Assembly: GCA_963664195.1 (NCBI GenBank)
Contig: OY760907.1
Coordinates: 1,824,001 to 1,888,000 of the forward strand
DNA length: 64,000 bases
Direction: 5' to 3'
Source: an uncultured candidate division Zixibacteria bacterium
GTDB lineage: Bacteria > Zixibacteria > MSB-5A5 > GN15 > FEB-12
Part shown: positions 50,155-60,233 of the stretch, piece after piece
Numbering within the stretch: position 1 is the stretch's first letter
Layout: each line of letters opens with the position of its first letter
The notes under the pieces: model-generated
What the model saw: only the letters and a program-made list of their open reading frames with translations
Database searches by the model: none
Told to the model about the DNA's origin: nothing
Made by a program: the position numbers and the translations under genes

Positions 50155-50767
50155 GTTGCTGTCAATCTGCGGTTCGCCCACTGAAAACTCCTCTACTGAG
50201 ATTCTTCTCCGTACAGTCGCCGATTCGATCAGTCAAGAACTTGGAAAGACCAACGTCCGACACGACCTGATTCGGCTGAATGATCTGGACTTCATTCCCT
50301 GCCAGGCCTGCGGTGAGGCACCCACTCCGAAGTTTTGCTTTTTCGACGACGACCTTGCAACCGTGTACCGCAAGCTTGCCGGGGCAGACAGTGTGCTTTT
50401 TGGCTCACCGATTTTCTTTGATACCGTGTCGGCGCAGGCGAAAACGCTTATCGACAGGTGCAACTGCGTCAGGCCGCCAGCTTACGATAACGTCAACCCC
50501 GACCACGATTTCATCAAGCTGCTGACCCGCAAGCGTCCCGGTGCAATTATACTCGTCGGAGGGGAACAGGCCTGGTTTGAGGGAGCACGGCGCTGTATTG
50601 CGGGGTTTTTCAAATGGGTAGAGATAGTCAACGAGGGTGTGCTGTCTTTTGGCTCGTCCGATTTTACCAGGATCGGCCAGGTGGCTCAGTGCGCGGATAC
50701 AATGGAAGAGGCCCGCAAGCTGGGCGTTCACCTCGCCAAACGATTGAAGACGACTTATGCACGATGA
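50147..50767 (+). CDS. Flavodoxin family protein (iron-sulfur flavoprotein-like)
   Basis: GGAGG SD then TTG at 50147; ICGSP, PCQACG, GSPIFF and KTLIDR. Confidence 0.88.
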   Translation: MTKLLSICGSPTENSSTEILLRTVADSISQELGKTNVRHDLIRLNDLDFIPCQACGEAPTPKFCFFDDDLATVYRKLAGADSVLFGSPIFFDTVSAQAKTLIDRCNCVRPPAYDNVNPDHDFIKLLTRKRPGAIILVGGEQAWFEGARRCIAGFFKWVEIVNEGVLSFGSSDFTRIGQVAQCADTMEEARKLGVHLAKRLKTTYAR

Positions 50768-51416
50768 AAACATGGAGCAGTACTACCGGGAACGTGCCCC
50801 GGAGTACGAGCAGATTTACTACCGGGATAATCCGGAGCGACGGCAGGAAATCGACGATCAAGCCGGACAGCTCCGAGAGTTGGTGACCGGCAAGAAGGTG
50901 CTGGAACTCGCGTGCGGAACCGGTTACTGGACCCGTGTGATGAGCGAGACGGCCAAGTCCATTCTGGCATCGGACCTCTCCGCCGAAATGCTCAAAGAAG
51001 CCCAGGCAAAGAAGTACCACTGTCCGGTATCGATGATCGCTGCTGATATGTTCGCGTACGAGTTTGACGAGAGTGCCTTCGATGTTGTCGTGCTCGGGTT
51101 TTGGTTTTCGCATCAGCCCAGGCAGGATTACCAGAGACTGTTCGATGTTTTGTGTAGGCCCCTGAGGGGCACAGGCTGTATCTGGATGATCGACAACAAC
51201 CCGCCTGCCGAGGGACCGGTGATGCATTCGGTGGGGGAGGATGCCCACGGCAACAATTTCAAGAAACGGTATCTCGATGACGGCACAGAGTATGTCATCC
51301 TCAAGAATTACTTTGAACGGTCCGAGTTGGAGTCCGCTTTCGGCGACCGTTTTCGAGTCGAGTCGCTTGTGCACAAGACGTACTACTGGTCGGCGGTGCT
51401 GACGCCTGCGGGTTGA
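50757..51416 (+). CDS. Class I SAM-dependent methyltransferase
   Basis: YYRERAPEYE, VLELACGTGYWT and FWFSH. Confidence 0.92.
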   Translation: MHDENMEQYYRERAPEYEQIYYRDNPERRQEIDDQAGQLRELVTGKKVLELACGTGYWTRVMSETAKSILASDLSAEMLKEAQAKKYHCPVSMIAADMFAYEFDESAFDVVVLGFWFSHQPRQDYQRLFDVLCRPLRGTGCIWMIDNNPPAEGPVMHSVGEDAHGNNFKKRYLDDGTEYVILKNYFERSELESAFGDRFRVESLVHKTYYWSAVLTPAG

Positions 51417-51623
51417 GAAGCGTCGGTTGATCCGGCTCCGGAGTGGCGATTTGCGGCCTAAGTTGTTATGGTGCAACGCTGTAAATATCTAGCGATAATG
51501 TCATTCCGGGTCTTGCCTTTTTGACGCCATTGTGTATATTAACAGGCTACGGGTTTGTTGGCTTCTGGCCCGAACCCTGTTCTATAGAATAGGATAGTGA
51601 CGAAACGATAGAGGTAGAGTAAA

Positions 51624-51833
51624 GTGAAACCAGGAATTCATCCGAAATATCACGAGATCACGGTGACCTGTGCCTGCGGAGCGAAGTTCCCGACACGTTC
51701 GACCCGCAAAGAGATCGCGGTAGAAATCTGCTCCAACTGTCATCCGTATTTCACCGGCAAGCAGAAGCTTATTGATACGGCCGGTCGCGTTGAGCGATTC
51801 CTCAAGAAATACGGTATGGACCAGAAGAAATAG
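51624..51833 (+). CDS. rpmE: 50S ribosomal protein L31 (zinc-binding type)
   Basis: [22 protein letters not shown] and GRVERF. Confidence 0.97.
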   Translation: MKPGIHPKYHEITVTCACGAKFPTRSTRKEIAVEICSNCHPYFTGKQKLIDTAGRVERFLKKYGMDQKK

Positions 51834-51959
51834 TCTGGACGGTTTTCCAAGCTTAAATCGCGGGCCGGTGCACTTTTCGGGCACAGCTCGCGATTTTGCG
51901 CGTTATATGATAACAATGCGCGAGACGTTTTTTCCAGAAACACCGATAAGGGGATTCTC

Positions 51960-52934
51960 ATGCCGGACATGAATGTTGGCGGACAAGCAGTAATCGAGGG
52001 CGTCATGATGCGCTCGAAGGATAAAATCGCTACTGCTGTGCGTATCCCCAACGGTGAGATTCTTGTCAAGACTCAGCCGTACATGTCGGTGACTGCCCGG
52101 AACAAGTTGCTGGGCCTGCCGCTCGTGCGCGGTGCGGTTGTGTTTGTCGAAATGCTGTTGATAGGCATCAAGACGCTCAACTTCTCCGCAGAGGTTGCTG
52201 TCGACGAGGCCGAGAGGGCCGAAGCCGAGAAGAACGGCGAAGTGCACACACCCCGTGAGAAAAAGAAAAACGGACTGTATCTTGGTCTGACTGCGGCTTT
52301 TGCGATGGCCGCCGGAGTTGTGATTTTCTTCTACCTGCCGCTCTGGACCGCAGATTTCTTCCATATCGAAAAAGACGCCGTGACTTTTAATCTGATCGCC
52401 GGTGCAATTCGGATGAGTATGTTTATACTGTACGTCTGGGGCATATCGCATCTGGATGAACTCAACCGGGTTTTTCAGTACCACGGCGCCGAGCATAAAT
52501 CGATTTACGCCTACGAATCCGGCGGCGACCTGACGCCAGAGATTGCGGCCGGTCACACGCGTTTTCACCCGCGATGTGGCACCTCGTTTATCTTCATCGT
52601 GGCACTGCTGGCGATCTTCATCTATGCGCTTTCAGACTCGGTTTTCGCCCTGGCCGCAGGACGCGCCCCGGAATTGCTCGAAAGATTTGCCGTACATTTC
52701 AGCCTGCTGCCGATCGTAGCGGGTACTTCGTATGAACTGCTCAAGCTTTCCGGCCGGACACGCGACAACTCGGTGACTCGCATTCTCATCAAGCCGGGGC
52801 TGTGGCTTCAACGGATAACCACCCAGGAACCTTCGGCTGACCAACTCGAGGTGGCAATCGCCGCTCTCGAGGCTGCACTCGGGGTTACCGTCACAGATTC
52901 CAAGCTTACTGCCAAACGTACCGCCGTCTCTTAG
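51960..52934 (+). CDS. DUF1385 membrane protein
   Basis: GGQAVIEGVMMR, FQYHGAEHK, HPRCGTSF and LQRITTQEP. Confidence 0.93.
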   Translation: MPDMNVGGQAVIEGVMMRSKDKIATAVRIPNGEILVKTQPYMSVTARNKLLGLPLVRGAVVFVEMLLIGIKTLNFSAEVAVDEAERAEAEKNGEVHTPREKKKNGLYLGLTAAFAMAAGVVIFFYLPLWTADFFHIEKDAVTFNLIAGAIRMSMFILYVWGISHLDELNRVFQYHGAEHKSIYAYESGGDLTPEIAAGHTRFHPRCGTSFIFIVALLAIFIYALSDSVFALAAGRAPELLERFAVHFSLLPIVAGTSYELLKLSGRTRDNSVTRILIKPGLWLQRITTQEPSADQLEVAIAALEAALGVTVTDSKLTAKRTAVS

Positions 52935-53006
52935 CTACGGCTCGGTTTGATCTTGCCCCCGAGGGGCGTATTCCGTAATCTTCAATCACAAAAGCACAGG
53001 CACGAT

Positions 53007-54095
53007 ATGTTAGATATAGTGAAGAAAATAGAAGACCGTTTGCAGCAGTTGGATGCTGAACTGGTTGACCCGGAGAATCTCTCCGATCGTCAGAAGTTGA
53101 TCGAACTCAACCGCGAGCGACGGCACATTGAGGACATACTGGAAGTCGGTCTCAGATACCGTGAAGTCAGAACCGGCATTCAGGATTCCGAGGAGATTAT
53201 CGCCGAGGGCGAAGACGACGAGCTGGTCGAAATGGCCCGTGAAGAGCTTGAGACGTTTCAGGGGCAGATAGACGGTCTCGAAAAAGAGTTCAGACTCAAG
53301 CTGTTGCCGCGCGACCCTGACGACGACAAACCGGCCATGGTCGAAATGCGGGCCGGTACGGGCGGCGATGAAGCCGGATTGTTTGTCGGCGACATTTTCA
53401 AAATGTACCAGCGGTTCGCCGATACTCTCAGATGGAAGATCGAGATACTCTCCTCCAACGAGTCTCAGATGGGCGGATTCAAGGAAATCGTGTTCTCCGT
53501 TGAGGGGGAAGGCGCTTACGGCACCATGAAATACGAGTCCGGCGTGCACCGGGTGCAGCGAGTCCCCTCGACTGAAACCCAGGGGCGGATTCACACCTCG
53601 GCAATAACGGTGGCCGTTTTTCCGCAGGTCGAAGAAGTCGACATTGCTATCCAGGAAAACGAATTGCGAATCGATGTCTACCGGTCGTCAGGCCCCGGCG
53701 GCCAGTCGGTCAACACCACCGACTCGGCGGTACGTATCACGCATATCCCGACCGGACTGGTAGTGTCCTGCCAGGACGAAAAATCGCAGATTAAGAATCG
53801 CGCCAAAGCGATGAAAGTTCTTCGCGCTCGCCTTTACGACAAGATCATGTCCGAAAAGAACGAGAAAATAGCAGCGGAACGTCGGTCGATGGTGTCCAGC
53901 GGTGACCGCTCGGCCAAGATTCGCACGTACAATTTCCCGCAGTCGCGTGTGACCGATCATCGTATCGGATTAACCCTGTATAAGCTGGATGACATTCTGG
54001 CCGGCGACGTGTATTGTCTGGTTGAGCCGCTCAAACAACACGATCAGGAAGAGCGATTGAAGCTGGTGGGCGATCAACAGAAGGAAGCTGTTTGA
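53007..54095 (+). CDS. prfA: Peptide chain release factor 1
   Basis: [23 protein letters not shown] (PxT motif), GGQ and IRTYNFPQ. Confidence 0.97.
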   Translation: MLDIVKKIEDRLQQLDAELVDPENLSDRQKLIELNRERRHIEDILEVGLRYREVRTGIQDSEEIIAEGEDDELVEMAREELETFQGQIDGLEKEFRLKLLPRDPDDDKPAMVEMRAGTGGDEAGLFVGDIFKMYQRFADTLRWKIEILSSNESQMGGFKEIVFSVEGEGAYGTMKYESGVHRVQRVPSTETQGRIHTSAITVAVFPQVEEVDIAIQENELRIDVYRSSGPGGQSVNTTDSAVRITHIPTGLVVSCQDEKSQIKNRAKAMKVLRARLYDKIMSEKNEKIAAERRSMVSSGDRSAKIRTYNFPQSRVTDHRIGLTLYKLDDILAGDVYCLVEPLKQHDQEERLKLVGDQQKEAV

Positions 54096-55069
54096 TGAAG
54101 CTGATGCGTATCGGGCTGGCCGTCTTGCTGACGGTAGCCATGTTGTATGTTGCACGCACGAACTCCAAAGGTCAACCGGAGTTGTACACTCACACAGACA
54201 GTGGCATCACGTTTGAAATGGTCTCGGTGCCCAAAGCGCTTGAGCATACCGACGCGGCGGTCACGATTGCGGTCTCCGGTTTGCCGGATATGTCCTGCGG
54301 CATGGTTTTTCGATACACCGAGCAAAACCCGCATCCCGGTGACTTCAAGTCGATGGCTATGCGCCGTGACAGTATTTCCGGAGAAACGACGTTCTTTTCG
54401 ACCGTAATCTCTGCCGGGACCAAGGGTGGCAAGCTCTGGTACTATTTCGAGGCCGTTGACTCCACAGGATCTGTGCTGGCTTCTTTTGCGGATTTTGCGG
54501 AGACAGATATCCAGGCCAAGGACGCGCCGTTTTTGTTCAAGTACATCGGCGAGGTGCCGCTGGTTGTTTTGATTCTTCATCTCATCTTCATTTTTGCGAC
54601 GGTGTTTTTTCTTTCACTTGCCACCGTGCATGCGCTACGGCTTGTCAGCACGGGAGCGAATGTTCGACCGATGGCCGTGTTTCTGTTCTGGGCGACGGTT
54701 ATGTGCTTCCTCGGCGGGTATCCGTTTGGTATTCCCATGAACTGGTACGCTTTCGGCGTTACCTGGGAGGGTGTGCCGTTCGGCCACGATGCCACCGACA
54801 ACAAAACACAATTGCTGTTTGTCTATCTTCTGTTTGCCACGCTGACTGCCCTTGGCAGCCTTACGCACGGCAGAATCGGTCGTGACATTCTGGCGCCGCA
54901 AGCACTCGGCTGGGTGGGAATCAGCACGTTTGCGGTAATGCTGTTCATCTACCTGGTCCCGCATTCAATTCAATTCACCCCGACGTTCACCTATGCGTTC
55001 TGCTACACGTGGATCGGCGTTGTGGGGCTGTTGTATGTTGTCGGCTTGCTCAGGTCACGCGCACGATAA
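54095..55069 (+). CDS. Hypothetical membrane protein (extracytoplasmic domain + ~5 TM)
   Basis: TGATG overlap with prfA; hydrophobic C-terminal half containing WEGVPFGHDATDNKT. Confidence 0.75.
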   Translation: MKLMRIGLAVLLTVAMLYVARTNSKGQPELYTHTDSGITFEMVSVPKALEHTDAAVTIAVSGLPDMSCGMVFRYTEQNPHPGDFKSMAMRRDSISGETTFFSTVISAGTKGGKLWYYFEAVDSTGSVLASFADFAETDIQAKDAPFLFKYIGEVPLVVLILHLIFIFATVFFLSLATVHALRLVSTGANVRPMAVFLFWATVMCFLGGYPFGIPMNWYAFGVTWEGVPFGHDATDNKTQLLFVYLLFATLTALGSLTHGRIGRDILAPQALGWVGISTFAVMLFIYLVPHSIQFTPTFTYAFCYTWIGVVGLLYVVGLLRSRAR

Positions 55070-55081
55070 GGCCCAATCAAC

Positions 55082-55951
55082 ATGACCGACAAGCAATACC
55101 TGCCGCATTACATAGCGGAAAAAGCAAAGACTCTCGAAGCAGCCGGGATCGAAAGCGCCAAAGCCGAGCTGGAGTGGATTCTCTGCCACATCCTTGATGT
55201 CGATCGGCTTAATTTATACCTCCACGGTTCGGAACTTCTCACCGACGATGCCTGTGAACATGTTGATCGCATTCTGGTTCGTCGGGCAACACGCGAACCG
55301 CTTCAGTTTATCCTCGAGGAATCCTGGTTCTACGGCCGCAAGTTTTTCGTGACGCCTTCGGTGATGGCGCCCACGCCAGAGACCGAAGGCCTCTGTGAGG
55401 CAGCGATCAAGTTTGCAGCCACGCACGGAATCGACTCGCCACGGGTTCTGGACATAGGCACAGGATCAGGCGTGATCGCGATAACGATGGCGTCCGAAGT
55501 CAAAACGTCTTCAGTGCTGGCGGTCGACGTATCCGAAGATGCCCTCGAGGTTGCTCAAGAGAACGGTCGGGCGCTTGAAGTGCAGGACCGGGTCTCGTTC
55601 CGTCAATCCGATTTCCTCAGCGAGGTTTCAGATGATGAACAGTTCGACTTGATTCTCTCCAATCCTCCGTACATTCGCGAGATCGATTACGCTGACCTGC
55701 CGCCGGAAGTGAAGGCTGACCCCAAGATTGCAATGACTTCCGGCGACGACGGTCTCAATGCCGTCCAGGTGATCCTTCGCGACGCTCCCGGTCATCTGGC
55801 AAGTGGCGGGCGGATTATGTTTGAAATCGGTATGGGACAGTCGGAGCCGATTGCCGAGCTTGTGATGGCTGATGGACGCTTCAACTCGTTTACCTGTCTC
55901 AAAGACCTGAACGATATCGACCGCATAATCATTCTGGGCTGCGAGGGGTAG
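55082..55951 (+). CDS. prmC: Release factor glutamine methyltransferase
   Basis: EPLQFI, PTPETE, LDIGTGSG and SNPPY. Confidence 0.95.
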   Translation: MTDKQYLPHYIAEKAKTLEAAGIESAKAELEWILCHILDVDRLNLYLHGSELLTDDACEHVDRILVRRATREPLQFILEESWFYGRKFFVTPSVMAPTPETEGLCEAAIKFAATHGIDSPRVLDIGTGSGVIAITMASEVKTSSVLAVDVSEDALEVAQENGRALEVQDRVSFRQSDFLSEVSDDEQFDLILSNPPYIREIDYADLPPEVKADPKIAMTSGDDGLNAVQVILRDAPGHLASGGRIMFEIGMGQSEPIAELVMADGRFNSFTCLKDLNDIDRIIILGCEG

Positions 55952-55954
55952 ACG

Positions 55955-56605
55955 GTGCCGAGGGAGTCGCTGGCCAGCAAAATAGCACGTGCGGAAATCG
56001 TGGTTGAATTGCTCAAGCGCCACTATCCCGAGGCAAAGTGCTCACTCGATTTTGGTTCTGTTCACCAACTTATGGTTGCGACGATTCTCTCCGCCCAATG
56101 TACCGACGAACGAGTGAATACGGTCACGCCAGCGCTGTTCGAGAAGTATCCGGATGTTCAGGCGTTCGCGGATGCCAACATTAAAGAACTCGAAGAAGCC
56201 GTTTACACTACCGGGTTCTATTCCAACAAAGCCAAATCAATCAAGCTGTCAGCTCAACAACTCCTGGAACGCCATAAAGGGGAGATTCCTAAGACTCTGG
56301 CCGAATTGACCAAGCTGGCCGGCGTTGGGCGTAAGACAGGTTCTGTCATTCTGGGCGTCGGATTCGGACTGGCCGAGGGGATTGTGGTCGATACGCATGT
56401 CGGTCGGATCAGCCGATTGTTGAAATTCACTTCGCAGAAGGACGCCGTCAAGGTCGAGCGAGACTTGATGAAGATCATTCCCGAGAACGACTGGATCGCC
56501 TACTCTCACCTGATGATTGACCACGGTCGAGCCTTGTGTATTGCAAGACGCCCCGACTGCGGGAACTGCTTCCTCAGCAAGATGTGTCCATCCGCAGTCG
56601 CCTGA
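55955..56605 (+). CDS. nth: Endonuclease III
   Basis: ILSAQCTD, LAGVGRKT, VDTHV and C-x6-C-x2-C-x5-C. Confidence 0.96.
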   Translation: MPRESLASKIARAEIVVELLKRHYPEAKCSLDFGSVHQLMVATILSAQCTDERVNTVTPALFEKYPDVQAFADANIKELEEAVYTTGFYSNKAKSIKLSAQQLLERHKGEIPKTLAELTKLAGVGRKTGSVILGVGFGLAEGIVVDTHVGRISRLLKFTSQKDAVKVERDLMKIIPENDWIAYSHLMIDHGRALCIARRPDCGNCFLSKMCPSAVA

Positions 56606-56609
56606 TCCT

Positions 56610-56737
56610 GTAGGGCAGGACCCCTGCGATCCTGCCAGGGAGGCTGCAGGGAGGGGCCGGCTCCCCACCCGCCACGATCAAGCCCGAATCCTTTGGATTC
56701 GATCCTTCCGGCAAGTCTGAAGACAGACCTGCCCTAC
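56610..56737. repeat. REP-like inverted pair (family B)
   Basis: GTAGGGCAGGA...TCCTGCC at the left end and GGCAAGTCTGAAGACAGACCTGCCCTAC at the right end. Confidence 0.7.
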
Positions 56738-56884
56738 TGCGAGGAGCTGGATGTCTTCGGTATCCTGCCCAGAGCGACACGAAGTGAGCGTCGGGTGGAT
56801 TGAATCTGTCTCAACGGTCATCCTCCAACGTAATCTACATACGGAATTAAGTAACTAACCAGACCTCCGATCAGTATAATTATA

Positions 56885-57559
56885 GTGGATATGCTGTATG
56901 CTTTTTTAATCGTCACGGTTCTCGTGGTGGCGGTGCTCATGTTGCGCCTCCGCCTGCGGTTCGAGTTCTCGTCGGACAAACGACTGCTTTTTGTCGGTGT
57001 CGGGCGATCCGGACCGGAGATGGATTATGCGGCGGGTGTCGGGCGACTGAAGCTATTCGGTCGGCAAATACACAGTTGGCCGATCTCCAGAGAAAAGCCG
57101 CTCGACGTTGTCAAGGATCGGGTTTCGGCCGCCAAATCGAAGGTGATCGGGAAGGGGCCGATGAAGGAGAAGCCGAAAAGAGCGTTTGACATACGCGGCA
57201 TACTACGAATGATTCCCGGAATCGGCAAAGCGCTCTGGCGGTATTTTCTCGATTTGTTGAAATCAACGATTGTAGAACAGGCCGAGGGAGAAATCGAGGC
57301 CGGGTTCGAGGAACCTGATCTGACCGGGCAGGCGTTTGGCTTTTATCAGGCAGCGCTGGCGGTGGCACCATCGGTGGTGGGGAGAGTGAACTATATCCCC
57401 GATTGGACCGGAGCCTCATTTTCCGGGACCGTACGTGCCTCGGTAGCGTTGCCGTTGTATCGATTGGTTTGGCTGACGCTGGTATTGCTGTGGCGTTTGC
57501 CGATTGTAAGGATTATAAGACTGGCCAGAGGAGATAGAAAAGGAGTCCAGGATGGCTAA
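56885..57559 (+). CDS. DUF2953-like (YtfI-like) membrane-anchored protein
   Basis: N-terminal TM; GFEEPDLTGQAFG motif; directly upstream of a YtfJ/GerW gene. Confidence 0.75.
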   Translation: MDMLYAFLIVTVLVVAVLMLRLRLRFEFSSDKRLLFVGVGRSGPEMDYAAGVGRLKLFGRQIHSWPISREKPLDVVKDRVSAAKSKVIGKGPMKEKPKRAFDIRGILRMIPGIGKALWRYFLDLLKSTIVEQAEGEIEAGFEEPDLTGQAFGFYQAALAVAPSVVGRVNYIPDWTGASFSGTVRASVALPLYRLVWLTLVLLWRLPIVRIIRLARGDRKGVQDG

Positions 57560-58001
57560 CAATGTTGTGGACATTCTCAGGGGGGTAGTGGGAGAGCTCA
57601 AGGAAATGGCGCGCTCCGAAGTGATTGTCAGCGAACCGATAACAATCGGGGACAAGACGGTCATTCCGGTGGTGAAGATTTCGGTCGGGTTCGGTGCCGG
57701 CGGCGGCCAAGGGGAAAGCGCAAAGACCGGAGCCGGATTCGGTGGTGGTGGCGGCGGTGGTGTCCGGATTGAGCCGGCGGCGTTTATCATTATCGATGCC
57801 GACGGGGTCAAGTTGCTTCCGGCCAAGAAGGGTTCTATCGAGGGACTTATCGATGCCATCCCCGGTTTTGCGAAGAAATTTTCGAAGCTGAAAGACAAGC
57901 TCAAATCGGATGAAAAGGGCAAAGGCAAGGCTAACAGCGACGACGGCGAAGAAGATGCAGCCGATTCAGATGGCGATGAGGCCGACGAATCCGAAAAATA
58001 G
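57552..58001 (+). CDS. GerW/YtfJ family protein
   Basis: EPITIGDKTVIPVVKISVGFGAGGG...GGGGGGVRIEPAAF. Confidence 0.9.
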   Translation: MANNVVDILRGVVGELKEMARSEVIVSEPITIGDKTVIPVVKISVGFGAGGGQGESAKTGAGFGGGGGGGVRIEPAAFIIIDADGVKLLPAKKGSIEGLIDAIPGFAKKFSKLKDKLKSDEKGKGKANSDDGEEDAADSDGDEADESEK

Positions 58002-58023
58002 TCGCTGTCGATATTCGAATCAT

Positions 58024-58051
58024 AACTGCCGGGTATTCACGCCCGGCAGTT
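58024..58051 (+). terminator. Hairpin terminator
   Basis: AACTGCCGGG-TATTCACG-CCCGGCAGTT followed by T-rich sequence. Confidence 0.65.
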
Positions 58052-58152
58052 GCTTGTTTCTCTGTCTCATTTCCTCCTGAACAAACCATCGACCGCTGCT
58101 GTTTCCTTTTGTAGGCACTCGTTTTTCCAGTCTTCAGAAAGGGAATTGTATT

Positions 58153-58626
58153 ATGCAGGTTCTTACGCGAATCACTGTTGCGTCACTGGCGGCCGTGCTG
58201 GTCCTGGCCCCAATATCTTCATTTGCCCATTGTCAGATCCCGTGCGGGATATACGATGATCACGCCCGCTATAATCAGCTCGCCGAGCATATTAACACTA
58301 TCGAAAAGTCGATGAAGCAGATCACACTGCTATCCGGTGCCGATGAGATTGACTACAACCAGTTGGTACGCTGGATTAACAACAAGGAAGCTCACGCTGA
58401 CAAGTACATGGAGATCGTTACACAGTATTTCATGACTCAGCGGATCAAGCCGGCGGACTCGTCGGACAGCGAGGCTTACAACAAGTATGTCACTCAGATT
58501 ACGTTGTTGCATCGAATGCTGGTTTCGGCGATGAAATGCAAGCAGACCACCGATTTGCAGCATTCCAATGAACTGCGTGAACTGCTGGAGGAATTCCACA
58601 ACAGCTATCATCCCGGCAGCAGGTGA
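58153..58626 (+). CDS. sodN: Nickel superoxide dismutase precursor
   Basis: Ni-hook HCQIPCGIYD immediately after a signal peptide ending SSFA. Confidence 0.93.
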   Translation: MQVLTRITVASLAAVLVLAPISSFAHCQIPCGIYDDHARYNQLAEHINTIEKSMKQITLLSGADEIDYNQLVRWINNKEAHADKYMEIVTQYFMTQRIKPADSSDSEAYNKYVTQITLLHRMLVSAMKCKQTTDLQHSNELRELLEEFHNSYHPGSR

Positions 58627-59315
58627 TGGGCCGAAAGTTTGTCGCGGCACCTCAGGGCATGATAGTACTCTTTACATGATCTGAGTCTTTTCCCACACGC
58701 GTGGACACCTATGGTGATTTGCCGCAAGCCGGACATTCTTGAAGGCGGATCAATGCAAAAGTGGTCGTGGGCGTGAGGATACTGGTCTTTTCTTGGTGCC
58801 AGTCAGTAAACTGATTCGTTCGATATTGACTGGACCCCGAGCCTTCCCCTCCCCCCCATCACCATAATATCGGTGAAGTGACTGTCAGAAACTGGCAGTG
58901 GACCGTGTTTTATTTTGGAGAAAATCGCCAGGGAACGTGCCGATGGGTGCGTGGATGTATTGTGCTGTGTAATAGCGACTTAGCTGTTTGGGGTAAGCGT
59001 ACAACATGGTCTAAGATGGTCTTGTTTTTATAGTCGGTCGGGTCTTTTGCTGTTTTCGGGTGTTGTGGTAGATTTTTGCCGCTGATACCTTCTTTGTAGT
59101 GCCTGAGGATCGGGACTGCAAAGGCGACTGGTGTCGTCGGCTTTCCTCTTGTTTGGCAAGCGGTTAACCCGGGAACCCGGCAGGTCGGCAATTGTTCTGG
59201 CTATTGAAGAATTTGTTTGAAAACCTTCCAGCGGTGCATATATTGGATATCCTGAACAGGTATATGTGCTGTTCAGTTTTTGAACTATTGACCGATATAG
59301 ACCTAAGGAGTCATT

Positions 59316-59627
59316 TTGGATTTCAACTGGCTTATTCTGATGGGCGGCGCTCAGGCCGGAGAGAGCCCCATTCCGACGCTGGGGTTCATGGCGCTGATCT
59401 TCATAGCAATGTACTTGCTGTTGATCCGCCCGCAGAGAAAAAAGCAGAAAGAACATGACAAGCTCCTCGGGGAGCTAAAAAAAGGTGACAAGGTTATCAC
59501 TACCGGCGGAATGTTTGGAACGATCTTTGCGATCAATGAGGACAAGGGAAGTATTGTCATCAAAATCGGCGATCAAACCAAACTTGAGTTTTTGAAAAGC
59601 TCAGTTGCTGCGCGTGTCGATAACTAG
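59316..59627 (+). CDS. yajC: Preprotein translocase subunit YajC
   Basis: AAGGAG SD then TTG; YLLLIRPQRKKQK and LKKGDKVITTGG. Confidence 0.95.
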   Translation: MDFNWLILMGGAQAGESPIPTLGFMALIFIAMYLLLIRPQRKKQKEHDKLLGELKKGDKVITTGGMFGTIFAINEDKGSIVIKIGDQTKLEFLKSSVAARVDN

Positions 59628-59651
59628 ATTGTTACAACTGTAGGAGTTACC

Positions 59652-60161
59652 GTGGCTGAGCGACCGATCGTCATATACGGCGACCCGGTATTGCGGGAAG
59701 AAGCGCAACCGGTTGATGAGATCAACCAGGAGACAAAAGATTTAGTGTCCCAATTGACGGACACGCTTAAGAAGGCTCGAGGTCTGGGGTTGGCTGCTAA
59801 CCAGATAGGTGTGGCCAAACGTGTGTTTGTAATCGATCTGTCAGCGATCGATATCAATGAATCCCTTAGAGTTTTGATCAATCCGGAGATAGTCGAGACG
59901 AGTGCCGAAGAAGTAGAACTTGAAGAAGGCTGCCTCTCGTTTCCGGACCTGTATCTCAAAGTGACCCGCCCGGAGCGGGTGAAAGTTCGCGCAATCGACC
60001 TGGAAGGCAACCAGTTCGAAATGACCGTCGATGGTATGGCAGCGCGAGCGGTATTACATGAGTTTGATCATTTGCAGGGGAAACTGTTCATTGACCGCGT
60101 CTCACCCCTGACCCGAACGATGATAAGAGGACGGCTGAAGAAACTGGCCGTCGCCTCTTAA
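59652..60161 (+). CDS. def: Peptide deformylase
   Basis: GLGLAANQIG, EGCLS and HEFDHL. Confidence 0.97.
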   Translation: MAERPIVIYGDPVLREEAQPVDEINQETKDLVSQLTDTLKKARGLGLAANQIGVAKRVFVIDLSAIDINESLRVLINPEIVETSAEEVELEEGCLSFPDLYLKVTRPERVKVRAIDLEGNQFEMTVDGMAARAVLHEFDHLQGKLFIDRVSPLTRTMIRGRLKKLAVAS

Positions 60162-60233
60162 GCCCGATTACATCGCTCTCGCAATCAGTCCGCGTTTGCA
60201 CGTATGCCGTTCGGCATGCCACGGTCCACACAG

